The translations under genes and the position numbers were made by a program. The notes under the pieces were generated by a model, which did not search any database, had not been told where the DNA came from, and saw nothing but the letters and a program-made list of their open reading frames with translations. Positions 51,001-63,462 of a stretch of DNA of 64,000 nucleotides are shown here, in pieces (the first letter of the stretch is position 1; every line of letters begins with the position of its first letter). The DNA is from Selaginella moellendorffii (Eukaryota; Plantae; Lycopodiophyta): positions 107,569 to 171,568 of the forward strand of contig NW_003314420.1 of NCBI RefSeq assembly GCF_000143415.4. Reading direction: 5' to 3'.

Positions 51001-52786
51001 ACCTTACCGCTCCCTCCCTTAGAGCTTCCACTTTCGCCAAATCAGAGCATTTTGGAATCCCTCCTTGGAAACACACTTCCTTTCCCACAACTTGTTAGCG
51101 TCCAACACATTAGTGTTCCTCGCCTAACTTTGTCACTTGGATTCCTTCCAAGGGATTCCACGGCCCTATCTTGGCCACTCATCTTTTGCTCCTATCCGTT
51201 GATTGTTGCACCAAGCAACATCAAATCTCTACCTCCCTCCTTGAGGTATTGTTTCGGTTCCATAGCAAAGACTCTTCTTTGCCAAGTCCGGAGGATGTTC
51301 ACCCCTAGTACGTCTCTTTAGCATCTTCTGCTATGGGCTCTATCCACGGCCCAACTTCGTGACCCTCCCATGGGTCTTTTATAGAGACTACTTTCCTCGA
51401 ACTCACTATGCCATCACACGGACATAGTTTATTTCCCTTAGGTGCTCTTCCCACTTGGTTATCACGACCAAGCCACACCACCTTAAACAGTTCAATTTCA
51501 ACATTTTGAACCAGGAACTTCATTCCTTAGCCAACCAAGGACCTTGTCCTTATCTGGCCATAAGATCATCTAGTGATCTCACCTTGGCACCTTAACAGAG
51601 TTGCCAAAAGGTACTTGGTTTTCTAGACCTCCAAGTTGTTGACTATAACCCCGAGGGCATCCCCCACACTTGGCAGTGCACCCAAGCTAGCCCTTACGGC
51701 CAAGGGTTCATAGCAACTGAGATTAGGTGTCCCCATCTCACTCACCACGATCTTGGTGCCACTTGCACCAAAGTGTTCAAGTTAGATATGCTGAGCTTTC
51801 ACACTAAGCAATCTAACCGTGCATCACGACTCTGAGGCATCCCTCGCTTGGCGGTGTGCCCAAACCAGTCTCCCCACTGAGAGTCCATGACCACCGAAAT
51901 ATGAGTGTCCTCATATTCCAAACCATCACCATGCCCTAGTGATTTGGGACTCGAACCCAAGCACTAGAGGGTCGGGACTCGAACCCAACCTCCGTATATG
52001 CATCTACGGACGGCATCACACAAGATGCCTGGCGTGACTCCCCACGCCGGTGCACCAACTTATTTTTAAAGCGCACTACCTACTTGGATACCAGGCGTGG
52101 CTCAACGGAACCTCGCTCTAAGCCCATGGCTAGAGCACCTAAAGGCGAAAGGCGGGGAGAGTACCCAGGTGGCTCGCGTAAGGCCACGGTGTTCCGAAAT
52201 GTTGTCCCAAAGGCCTAGACTGTGGAAAGGAAGAGGAGCAGTCCTTTGGAGTAGTGACCAAGGACACAGTCGTGTGGGGAGGAAGTCCCAGAGGACCGTG
52301 GGACTTAGTGGTCGGGCCTGTTGGCCTCGATCCAGTGGCAGTGTTAGCAAACACGGCCAGGGGTAGGAAGGGACTTGGTAGGAACTGACAAAGGGACTTT
52401 GGGGAAGGCGATTCCCCACGTCTGTGGGCATCCTAAGGATGCTAAGGTGTGGATCTAGGATGACCACTCGTGGACAGATGGCCAAGTCTTGGAGAGACGG
52501 GATGGTGATGCAAGTGGTATTGGACCACTAGTGCAGCAAAGGTGAATGGGCATGGCCTTAGCGTAACGGGCCGAGACGTCAGTGGAACCTTTGGGTGTCG
52601 GTCTTGGGACCGGACACGTGGAGCACTTGGACCAGGTGCAAGTGTTGAGTGGCATGGATGCCATTCTTGGGGCTAGCAAGTCCCAAGTCCTAAATTGGAC
52701 TGATGGAGGTTGTGAATGAGACTCCTCCAAGTGGTCGGAGGTGTGGTTAAGTGACTAAAGTAGAATGGAAAAATTAGTCGCTTACA
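45025..52786 (+). mobile_element. Family C LTR element (LARD-like, no pol seen), rearranged composite
   Basis: LTR ending GTCGCTTACA at 47906 followed by PBS TGGTATCGGAGC; near-identical LTR end at 52786; opposite-orientation LTR pieces at ~45307-46405 and ~49210-50481, and 3' region 50482-52070. Confidence 0.8.
46427..46915. repeat. Hexamer-based tandem array (GAGTCC/GAGATG/GAGACC/GACCC) inside family C LTR
   Basis: Directly visible; also at 49735-50245 and, more degenerate, in family A LTRs (e.g. 8565-8720, 58645-58925). Confidence 0.92.
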
Positions 52787-53085
52787 CTGCTTCGCAAGGA
52801 CCAAGTGAGACCTTTACCTGAGGTTATCCAAGGGGAAGAGGAATACGAAGTCAAGGCCATCCTCAATGCGCACAAGAGCAAGCGACAAGGACACAAGGTG
52901 AGAGAATTCCATGTGAAATAGAAAGGATTTCCACACTACGAAGCAACATGGGAACCGAAGGAGAACCTAGCGAACGCGCGAGATTTAGTGGAAGAATTTC
53001 TGCAAGGCAAAACTCTATGTATTTATGCAAAGTTCAATTAAAAATATCAATTTGTGAAATTGAGCAATGGCATATGTTGGGACCC

Positions 53086-55700
53086 TATCGCGAATGTGAC
53101 TTCGGGTATCAAAAGTTACCTGTCGGCCAGTCCTTACGGACACTCTTACCTTACTGCCACGATGGCAGAAGGTCAGTATTGCTGGACCCTTTATCAGTCC
53201 CTCTTGTGTTAGTGGAGTTAACTGGGCATTTCGAGTGTACTTAGACCGGACGAGCATAAGGACGGAATTCCTACGTGTTATTAGCTAAGCATACTTAGCC
53301 CGGTAAGGAGTTCTCGTCTCGTTTTGTCTTGCACTTGCTAGTGACAAGAACCCTCGCGTATTGAGATTAGTCCCTAAATATCGCTACATGATAGCTTACC
53401 ATATCTACCAAACACCCTCGCTATCATGCCCTTTGTGTTAGTCTCATTTCGGTCCCAAATGCTATGTATGGAAAGTGTCCAGATTTGCTCCTTTGGCATA
53501 TCTACAGAATGTAGAGATCGGTCTGAACACAATGGTGTTCGTCCCATGTCCAAATTCACAATCTAGGGACATTCCATATTTAGTAAATTTCGAGCTTTTC
53601 CCAGAGACTAACTCCTGATACTAAGGGAAGCTTGGGGTGAAAGCCCAAAGCATGTGTTCCTCAAGGGGGGGGGGGGGGGGGGGGGGGGGCTATAGGGGGT
53701 TCCAAATGTATAGTAGGGATAGTGCGTAGGTCGGGCATGGCCAACCAACCTGAGGCATAGTCTAGCTCCCGCTTGGGTGCCTGTCCTTGTTCTGTGTCCG
53801 GCTTGGGTCTAAGCCCAAGTTCCATTCCATGCTAGCTGGTGGAGTACCCATACTCTCACGTTAGGCCACCGGTATGCCGAAATAGCACTGGACTCCGTTT
53901 GGCTCTGTTTTGCGTGCTGGTCCTGGCATTGGGATGCTGGTTGCTCCAGGACTGTTCCAAGTCGCTCCGGGCTCCTGTCCCTTTGCTCCTTGGGCTATAT
54001 GCTCGGGAGTTGCTCCGTGGTCCGGTTCCATCACTCCTTAGCGTCACGCTTGGGAGTTTGGCACCGTTCCTTCGTTCAGTGGCCCAAGGCCCTGAACCTT
54101 GGGTTCCTATGGCCACATGGCATGGACACATGGCATGTGACACATGGCATCTATCACATGGCACAAAGAGGGTTTAGGTTCCGCTTCGTGGTGTTATCCT
54201 ATGGTAAATCACTATAGGATAAAGGGTCAAAACCACGTGCGCTACATTTGGTATCAGAGGGTGAGTCTCAGCGAGTACTATTCAATGAGATTGGGCAACT
54301 AGTCTCGTTGCATACGCAAAGATGAAAACGATGATCCGAGTGGGTACACGTTTTGGTGCAAAGACTTCGCATTGGTTCCTTGGGTATGGATATTGTTACC
54401 TTATTGTACCTTATGATGAGAGCTTGCGCTTGGGCTCATAGGATGGATTTGAGTTGTTCCGGTAGCACGAGTTTAAGCTTGAGCTCGTGAGTGAGGCACA
54501 TTAGCAACTCGAGGTTACACTTTGAGTTGGCAGGATTAATGTTAGCCTATCGGTGGTTCCATGAGTTGTTCCATGTACCATGGGTGCAAATAAACTTTCC
54601 CTGGGTTTGTTATGAGTGGCAAATAGGCTGGTCCGTAGCTGTTTAGCACGGCACTAGTGGATCCTTCCTAGGCATGATTATAAGTGGAACAATTAAGACT
54701 ATAGGGATTAGTCTATTGGTTCAAGTAGTCATGGCCGTGCTTTCTCATAAACTTTTCTTTGATTGAACTGAAAGCAGTGCGAAAGCAAGCTTGAGGTTTG
54801 GTCAAAAGATGAGACCGAAAAGAGAGTCATCGGGGACGAAGGATCAAATACGTAAATCATTTTCTCTTCTTGGAGAGATGATCTGCAACGAGGTGTTAAC
54901 TCATTACTTGTGTTCACATCATGCAATCAAGAGTCCCTATCTTGATGCATGTTGGAGATGGTGGTCTTACAATGGTGAGTTGTGGGATGGATAGCGCTGA
55001 AGCGCTAAACCATTTTGTCTAAACTTGCTATTGGAAGACTTGGGTTGCAATGCTCAATTCTTTTTCGAGGAACCTTGCTATTGCTCCTTGAGTAGCTTGG
55101 TGTTGGATTAGTTTTGAGTTTGGTCAGAAAAAGAGTGGCATGAGCTTATCTGTGTTGTGAACAAAAGTTAGTGATGTTGGGTGTTGTAAATCTCTATCGG
55201 TGGAGTGTGGCATTTATGTTGCATTTTGTCAAATCGAGTTGACACTTGATATTCACATAAACCTTTAAAGTAATGACATGGGCATTGCTCATAGTATTGC
55301 TTGATTGACGATCAAGTCATTGTGATTTATATCATATTATCCATATGATAATGAGCAATGTGTTTACGAAGTTGCTTGGGTAAATGTTGATCAACCCCAA
55401 AGTGGTTGATGGAGAAGCTAGTCTACTTGCACGAAGTAGCATTGTAGTAGCTTTGACTGGATTCTCAATGGTGGTCCATTATGCTAAGCTTAAGTTGGTA
55501 CCTTGCTTACTTGAGTTTGCCCATCAGGTATTGGAAAAGGGTTATAGCATTCACTTGCTATGACTTGTCGGTTGATCCATTAGCACTTGGAGTAGATTGT
55601 TGGATGGAGAAGATGTGTAGTTGGGGCATTGACATCACTAACACTTGTGTTAGTAGAAGTGGCATAGTTACTTCGAGTGATGAGGAATTTTCCTTGGACC
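53086..55700 (+). mobile_element. Family E LTR element: 5' LTR 53086-54246, PBS, non-coding internal region
   Basis: LTR ends CACGTGCGCTACA then TTTGGTATCAGAG; left TSD GACCC 53081-53085; right end displaced to 59358. Right boundary of internal region approximate. Confidence 0.78.
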
Positions 55701-55714
55701 TTGATTTTTCATGT

Positions 55715-57841
55715 TCAGTTTCGAACTTGATCTTAGACTCGGTCTCATCCAATGAACTCTTTATCATTTCAGTTGCACTTTCAGGGATCCTTTAGCCTAC
55801 AACATCTCAGGGAGTTGGTTCCTTACATTACCTAGCCACTGCACCATTAATCGGGCTTGCTAGACTATGTGTGAACTCCTCTTAAATTTCCCTTTACCAT
55901 ATGTTCCTCTTAGTTTAGCTCCTTTTTTGAATGTGGACCTTGACCCCGTTGGTGTTCCCTTTTCATAGGTTATTATTAAAATGCACCTTTATAGCTGTAT
56001 ATAATGCTTTCTTATAGTTGGTTAAGTTTTACTGCATCACCTTGCCTTGAGCCGAGGTTTGTAAGCCTGATATAAAGGCATGGAATGCATCCATGTCACC
56101 CATATCCGTGACAAGGATCCTTTTGGCCATAAACCCATTCATATACTCTTGAATGTTTTCTATCTACTTTAGCCTACTCAGCTCATCCTTTAGGTGCAGA
56201 GTAGCATTTGGAGGAACATAAAATGCATAAATCCTCACCTTCATCACTTCTCAAGTGGCCATCAGTCCTTTGTTGGCCTTTATTATTTGTAAGGAACCAA
56301 CTCCCCAAGGTGTTGTAGGCTAAAGGATCCCCGAAAGCATAACCAAAATGATAAAGAGTTCATTGGATGGGACCAAGTATGAGATTGAGTCCAAGACTGA
56401 CTCTGAGACTGAGTTTGAGATAGAGTCCGGGATTGAGTCTGAGGTTGACTCTGAGACCGAGTGCGAGACCGAGTTTGAGACCGAGTTCGAGACAGAGTCC
56501 GAGATTTGAGATCGAATTTGAGACCGAGTTTGACGTCGAGTCTGAGGTCAAGTCCAAGATCGGGTCCGAGGTTGAGTCCGAGATCAAGTCCGAGGTTGAG
56601 TCCAAGGTCAGGTCTGAGATCGAGTCCGAGACTAAGTCCTAGTACTAATACAGATCGAGGGGTGAAAGCCTAAAACATGTTTCTCCCAGGGGGAGAGGGG
56701 GTGTAGGGGGTTCCAAAAGTATAGTAGGGATAGTGAGGTCTAAGAACTAATCTTGAAGGAACTCTCTAGTGGTGCTTCCAAACTGACTTGAGGTTGAGAC
56801 TGGGGCTAAAGGGCCTTAGGTGGGAGTGAGCATGGACTTGGGTGGTGCTGGAGGGGCCACCCCAGGAAGTGCTCAAGAGCAACTCCCACTCCCGGAAGGG
56901 AAACCGACAACGGTGCTCCCAGCTCATGTGGAGTGGTGCCCCACTTGAGTACCATGTGGCTCATTGGTCCTCCCCTTCCCTAGGGGGACCTTCCCTTGGG
57001 CTATGGATGAGGAATCCTTGCATGAGGAGGACTCCAATAAGGAAACTTCCAAATAGGAGTCCGATGGTCAGGTTCGGTCGTCTAAGGCTCGATTGGACAT
57101 TCTAGAAGGACACTTGGCACAGACCAATGCCCTGCTGAAGACTCTTATTCTTAAGCTAAAGTGTGACGAGAAGCAAAAGAAAAAGTGAAAGACTACAGAT
57201 GTTGGCAACGCAGAAAGTGCGGACCTTTGGCAGGGACTAAGGCAGTACCAAACAAGGTTGAAAAAACCGCAGTGGAATCAGTCCCTCAAGTAGTTCCTAA
57301 GTACAAACCAAAGCCCCCATCGGTCTTTAAGGGAGTGAATGACTTTAAGGTGGTGGAAGATTGGTTTTACAATATAGAGGACTACTTTCAAGCATTGCGA
57401 CTACCGAGTTCGGAAAAGGTCCCATGTGCAAAACCATAGTTGGCAAATAATGCCAAGTCTTGGTGGAAAATGACAGAGGCCAACAAATGACCAGTGGCCA
57501 CTTAGGAAATGATGAAGGCAAAGATCCGCACAACTTACATTCCTCCAAATGCCACTTTGCATCTAAGGGATGAGCTGAGTAGGCTAAAGGAGATTGAAAC
57601 CATTCAAGAGTATGTGAATGGGTTTATGGCAAAAAGGATACTTGTCATGGATATGGGTGATATAAATGCATTTCATGCCTTCATATCAAGCTTACAAACC
57701 TGGGCTCGCGGCAAGGTGATGCATTGGAACCCAACCAACTACAAAGAAGTATTAGATGTGGCTATCAAGGTGCGTTTCAATGATAACCTGCGAAAGGGGA
57801 ACACGACGAGGTTGGGATCCATGTTTAGCAAAGGAGCCAAA
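55715..57841. mobile_element. Mixed family A fragments: LTR end (to 55827), antisense gag 55830-56287, LTR 56288-~56990, sense gag 56991-57841
   Basis: Homology to copy 1 gag (TYIPPNATLHLRDELSRLK) and LTR termini. Confidence 0.8.
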
Positions 57842-59357
57842 TGTAAGCCACAAATTTTTCCTTTCCAATTTGCCAACTTACCTCGTCTATCCGACCAACA
57901 CTGCCTTGGCTTGTGCTAAGTTCCCTCGCCAAGGTTCTCGCCTATTGTACCAGCTCCTACTTGGTCCTATTTGGTTTTAGCTACTCACTGCATGAGCAAC
58001 GGAGAGTTAGCCTTCAATCCACGGATTCCCAAATCTCTCCCAATCCCCCTCCTCGGGTTAGACTAGACTTAAGGTTCGGCTACACTCCTAGTAGGCACAA
58101 GCAGCCAAGCACACCAAGCCTCCAGGTTCCTAACACCCCTTGGTACAACAAGACTTGATCATGGGACCCTCTAAATCCCAAGCCTTGGGTGCAACACTTG
58201 CTTCGGGACATCGGGGCAAAACACCGTGGCCTAACGGCCCGGTGTGGGTACCTCTATCCCCCCACTTCCATCCCAAAGGGAAGGCCCAAGCCCCTAGGAA
58301 GGGCGAGGACCAATGAGCCACAAGGTACTCAAGTGGGGCACCACTCCACATGAACTGAGAGCACCACAATCGGTTTCACTTTCGGGAGTGGGAGCTACTC
58401 TTGAGCACTTCCCTGGGTGGCCCCTCCAGCACCACCCAAGCCCATGCTCACTCCCACCCAAGCCCCCTCGACCCCAGTCTCAACCTCAAGTCAGTTTAGA
58501 AGCACCACTGGAGAGTTCCTTCAAGACTGGTTCCTGGACCTCACTATCCCTACTATACTTTTGGAACCCCCTGCAGCCCCCCCCCCCCCCCCCCCCGGGA
58601 GATGCATGCTTTGGGCTTTCACCCCTTGACCCGTATTAGTATTTGGACTTAGTCTCAGATTCGATCTCGAACTCGATCTCAGACCCGACTTCAGATTCGG
58701 TCTCGGACTCAATCTCGGACTCGATGTCGGACTTGATCTCAGACTCGACTTCAGACTCGACCTCGGACTCGGTCTAGGACATGATTTGGATCTCAGACTC
58801 TGTCTCGAACTCAGTCTTGAACTCGGTCTTGATCTCGGTCTCTGATTTCGCCTCGGCTCGATCCTGGACTCTATCTCAAACTTGGTCTCAGAGTCGGTCT
58901 TGGACTCGATCTTCGACTCGGTCCCATCCGATGAACTCTTTGTTATTTTGGTGATGCTTTCGGGGGTCCTTTAGCCTACGACATCTCGGGGAGTCGGTTC
59001 CTTACAATTCCACGACCCATAGAAGAAGTTTGATGCCCACATCGAATGTCTCTTTTTATCTTACAACTTGTTGACCATGTCTCTGGGGGCATCCCCCCAC
59101 TTAGCGGTGTGCCTAAGTTAGCCTCCCTGGCCAAGAGCCCATGACAACGGAATATAGGTGTCCCTATACCCCTCACCTCACCACGCCCTAGTATGGGGTC
59201 GGGACTTGAACCCAGCCTTGCTTTATTAGGGGGTTGCAACTCGAACCCAACCTCCATAGAATACGTCTATGGATTCGACATCCCCGCGGGGAGTCGAACG
59301 CCTGGTCGACCTAACCAACCCATGCTAATTAGCTTACCTTCGGTGCGCCTTCGGGTC
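57842..59357 (-). mobile_element. Complete family A 3' LTR (57842-59006) and 3' UTR, inferred displaced end of copy A2
   Basis: TG..CA LTR of 1165 bp followed by PPT region and 3' UTR up to the GGGTC TSD. Confidence 0.85.
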
Positions 59358-59525
59358 TGTAGCGCACGTGGTTTTGACCCTTCAACACTGACATCCGCAA
59401 AGTGCAAAATGAACATCCAAGGCTTGATCACGAAGACCACATCTTCGGATATCCACATTGCACTAACACTCTTCTTCAATCACCTTCAAGATCCAATGTG
59501 AAGCCAAAACACTAACAAGAAAAAT

Positions 59526-60905
59526 GCTCCGAGACTAAGTTTGAGATTGAGTCCGAGATCGAGTTTGAAACCGAGTCTGAGACCATGTTCGAGACCGAGT
59601 CCAAGATCTGAGATCGGGTCCAAGACTAAATTTGAGATTGTGTCTGAGACAGAGTCTGAGGTCGAGTCTAAGATCGAGTCTGAGATTGAGTCTGAGACCG
59701 AGTCTGAGGTCGAGTTCAAGATCAAGTCCCAGATCCAGTCCGAAACTGAGTCCGAATACTAATACAGGTTGTGGGGTGAAAGCCCAAAGCGTGTGTCTCC
59801 CAAGGGGGGGGGCAGGGGGCTGCAGGGGGTTCCAAAAGTATAGTAAGGATAGTGAGGTCTAGGAATTAGTCTTGAAGAAACCCTGTGCTTGCAGAGAGTG
59901 TAGCTGAACTTTAAGTCCAGTCTAACCTAGGGACGGGGATTGGGAGAGAATTTGGGAATTTGTGGATGGATAGCTAATGCTCTATTGTTCATGCAGTAAG
60001 TTGCTGAAACTAAGTAGGACCAAGTAAGAGCTAGTACAATAGACAGGAATTAAGGCCAAGGCCATGGTGGTCGGATAGACAAAGTAAATTAGTAAATTGG
60101 AAAGGAAAAATTTGTGGGTTATAAGTGAACTAAAGACTATAAAGTGTGTTCAAGGTAGCCAAAGCACCAATGAGGTAGTTTGACAAGCAAAAGTTGAAGT
60201 AGGGACATGGAAAGTGGATATGGATTTCACCATGTTAGATATGGCAAGATTTGACGTGATCTTTATGATGGATTAGTTCAATCAATTTGTGGTAGCTTTG
60301 TACGAACAATGTAAAAACCTTGTGGTATTATTGAATGCCTGAGAAGAATGATCTAAGGTGGAGGCCCAAGATCTAAAGGTAGGGTAATGTAAGGTAGGGA
60401 CTCCTACTTGAATCTAGTATCCACAGGAGGACAATTCACTAAAGGAACTAAAGTAGCATTTTTGTGCTTACTCTCAATAAAGAATAACAAAAAGATGAGA
60501 ACAAACAAAATACCTTTAGTGATCTAGTGGGTGTTAGACCAATTTCAAGATACCATACCAAAAGAGTTACCAAAGGGGTCACCCCCAAACAACTAATAGA
60601 ACATAAGATCGAGTTGGTCAAGGATGCTAAGGTAGTGGTTCCTCCCCCTTATTAATTAAACAAAAAAGAACTCAAGAAGCTTAAATGCCAACTTAAGGAG
60701 TTGGTGGATAAAGGGTATGTTAGTTTGAGTAAGTCACCATATGGGCCCCAATATTATTTGTGAAAAAGAAAAATGGCTTTATGCACATATCCATAAACTA
60801 CTGATTGCTCAATAAATATACGAAGAAGAACAAATACCCTTTACCAAGGATTTAGGACATCTTTGATATTTTGGAAAGGCAAAATACTTATCAAGGATTG
60901 ACCTA
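59526..60905 (+). mobile_element. Degenerate family A LTR (to 60123) and PR-RT fragment
   Basis: Hexamer array, GGGTGAAAGCCC module, WKVDMDFT and SKSPYG..KYLSRIDL relics with many stops. Confidence 0.8.
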
Positions 60906-60923
60906 AACCCTAAACCCTAAACC
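60902..60923. repeat. Interstitial plant telomeric repeat (CCCTAAA)x3
   Basis: CCTAAACCCTAAACCCTAAACC exactly where RT homology stops. Confidence 0.75.
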
Positions 60924-61639
60924 AACTTTTAGGTGCTTTTAGGTGGACAATCCAGAAAGGAAGTCTGTAAAATCTGTTCCATTTCCATTGCTGAAGCATC
61001 AAGTGTCACATCACCTTCAGAAAGATAATTGGCTATCTTGTTCCTTGCCCAGCCTCAGTTCATTGTAGTAATTGTATCTGCCATCTCAGCTTCCACTTTT
61101 GCACACCTGGCATCCATCTGTTTTTCTATAGCCAGCTATGTATTTTTTTTCTCTAAAGAAAAGCCTGTTCAATTCCCATGTGTCTTCAAGTTCTTCCCTA
61201 ATCTTCAGTACCCCTTCTTCAATCTTAGATTTTTCTGTCTCATCAAAGCATAGTTTTCTCTAAGCAGCAGATTTCTTCTTTCCTTCTCAGCTCAAGCTGT
61301 AGCAACTACATCTTGACTAAACTGTCGTCACTTTTGTATTTTTGTTGTTTTAAGAGAGTTCGTTGATTAACACTAACTGCTGGCTTTCCATCTACTCACA
61401 TAACTCATTTGTTTCCTTCATCAAACAACTTTAGCACCTCCATGTCATGGCCAGCAATCTTCACTTGGGTTGACATATTCTAGTCATCATAAACACACCC
61501 GATCTGCATTCTCTACTGCAGCTCTAAGCATGCATTGGATTCTATACCAGAGGCCTTTCTCTCCTAATACTACCAAAAGAGTTCAATTGAAGATTATCAG
61601 GAGAGTTTGTTTTGACATTGCAGAGTTCGACTGTTAATG

Positions 61640-62400
61640 GCAATGAAGGTGAACCTTGAAAGCTGCTTGAAGATGGCAGAGATCACTGGCCATATCTCTG
61701 CAGTAATGATTCTCACATCAGCAAAGGAGGAGAAAAAATTTCTCAAAGCAAGAAAAAAAAAGGGAGTGTCGGTCATTAAATGTTTCTTTGATTACCTGTA
61801 CATATGGTAGAGCTCAAACAATGGAACTGCCAGTAGTTTGAGATTCTTTGAAATAGCAAAGTATTGTCTTTTGGGGAGGACAACCACGCAGAACTTCTTA
61901 CACTCCTGACACAAGAAATAATAAAAGAAATGAGAAGATCATACCAAAGAGTTATGAATAATAAGGGACAAAGATTGATACCTTTGTTTTGGTGATGTGA
62001 GGAGGGCAGTAAGGATATAGCAGCGTCTCAAAATTTTGTCTCTAGCAAATTGCCACACACTCTCCAATCTGGAAGATGGAAACTAACAAAACCAAAGTTC
62101 TTCCTTCATATCTTCATGTATTTCCATTGTACCTGCCAATCGGGCTAGATTGAAGCTGCCATTGAAGTAACCTTGCTCATGAGCTTCATCTTCAATCCTT
62201 CCACCTCTAAACAATCAAAGTTAGCAGCGTGAATGATGAAAGAAAGCTTCTTTACTGTCTTCTCCAGTCTTGAGTCTTCCTCCGAGAAACTTGAAAAACA
62301 CATTCTGCTGCTCGTGGGCAATGGCCAACCCTACAAGATCTTCGTCCCTGTCCCTCGTGATCTTCATGCCTATCCCTCGCACCACCCTTCTCACTGACGC
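61640..62400 (-). pseudogene. Cleavage factor Im 25-kDa subunit (CFIm25/NUDT21) relic with introns
   Basis: FFKFLGGRLKTGED, EVEGLKMKL, FQIGECVAIC*RQNFETLLYPYCPPHITK, ECKK..YFAISKNLKLLAVPLFELY, PVISAIFKQLSRF. Confidence 0.8.
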
Positions 62401-62512
62401 TGGCATCGCTGCTATGTACATGTGACCAATCCCAATCTCCTAGTGGAGAATTCTCGCTGCCTTGAGATCTTCTTGCTGGTGATGCTGCTTCTGCTGCTGT
62501 GATTCCTACTTA

Positions 62513-63047
62513 CCTGTAGCATGAAGTCGACTCTACCATTAGGACTTTCAGACAGCCTTTCTGTCACTATACTATCATGAAAAGCTGTGACACAAAACCA
62601 TAACCCCAACAGAAGAAGTTCCTTTAGCTCTGATAGCAAAACTTAAAAAGCACAATGATACCTGTATCCCAAAATATTCACTAACTTTCTCCAAAAATAA
62701 TAGATATCAGAGGTTCCACTCTGTAATCACAAAGAAAGGATAAATGTAAACGGTGCTAACACAGAAGGGTATTGATAGCTGTAAGCAACATGATCATATG
62801 GGTAAAATATGTTCATCATTTGCCTGCATAGTGGCATTTCTTCTTCAATGCCTTCATCTTCCCAGTACTCGACCTGTTCCTACACAAACAAGTCAACATA
62901 CGTTGCAAAGACCATAAATCACACATGTACCCATTCCAGGGCATACATTCCGAAGACTGAGAATCAATGGCGATACAATTGCAAAAATTGTGTCCACCTG
63001 CGAGATACAAACTTATCAACACTGAAGAACTAAGCCACCATGTGTAC
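62513..63047 (-). pseudogene. SGR2-like DDHD phospholipase A1 fragment
   Basis: EYWEDEGIEEEMPLCRQMMNI..PYDHVAY, RVEPLI, ERLSESPNGRVDFMLQ. Confidence 0.72.
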
Positions 63048-63462
63048 CTGAAACAAAAGATTTGTGTACCAAATTGAGGAGTATGATATTTTCAAGGAGC
63101 TCACTCTCCTTGTTTCATTACCAATGCTGTATAGTGACATGAGAGAGAGTCAAACATGAAACTGCAGATTGTGCCATTCGTGACACACACACCTTGCCTG
63201 GGACAGGCCAATGTCAGAAAGTCTGAAGAACACAAGCTCCAGATCCATGATGACTTCCCCACTGGCAATAGCTCCTGTTCGCCACATTGTGTGTGCCATA
63301 CAGTCTTGTCAAAGTAAGGATATTTATACTCACTCAGTGTTCATGTCATTGTTTGACATGACTTTGGAAGATCAAGAGACTGCGATTGCTCTTTCATAGA
63401 TTATTGCAAACCAAAGGTGCAATAAAACCTTTGTCGTTGTTTTGTCTCTAAACATTTTTGCT

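Larger units (their letters stand above)
41935..53085 (+). mobile_element. Family A copy A2 (gag end, PR, RT, RNase H deleted, IN to ~45025; chromodomain 52787-53040), interrupted by family C
   Basis: ORFs near-identical to copy 1; HVN..KDQVRPLPEVIQGEEEY resumes after the family C LTR end at 52786. Confidence 0.88.
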
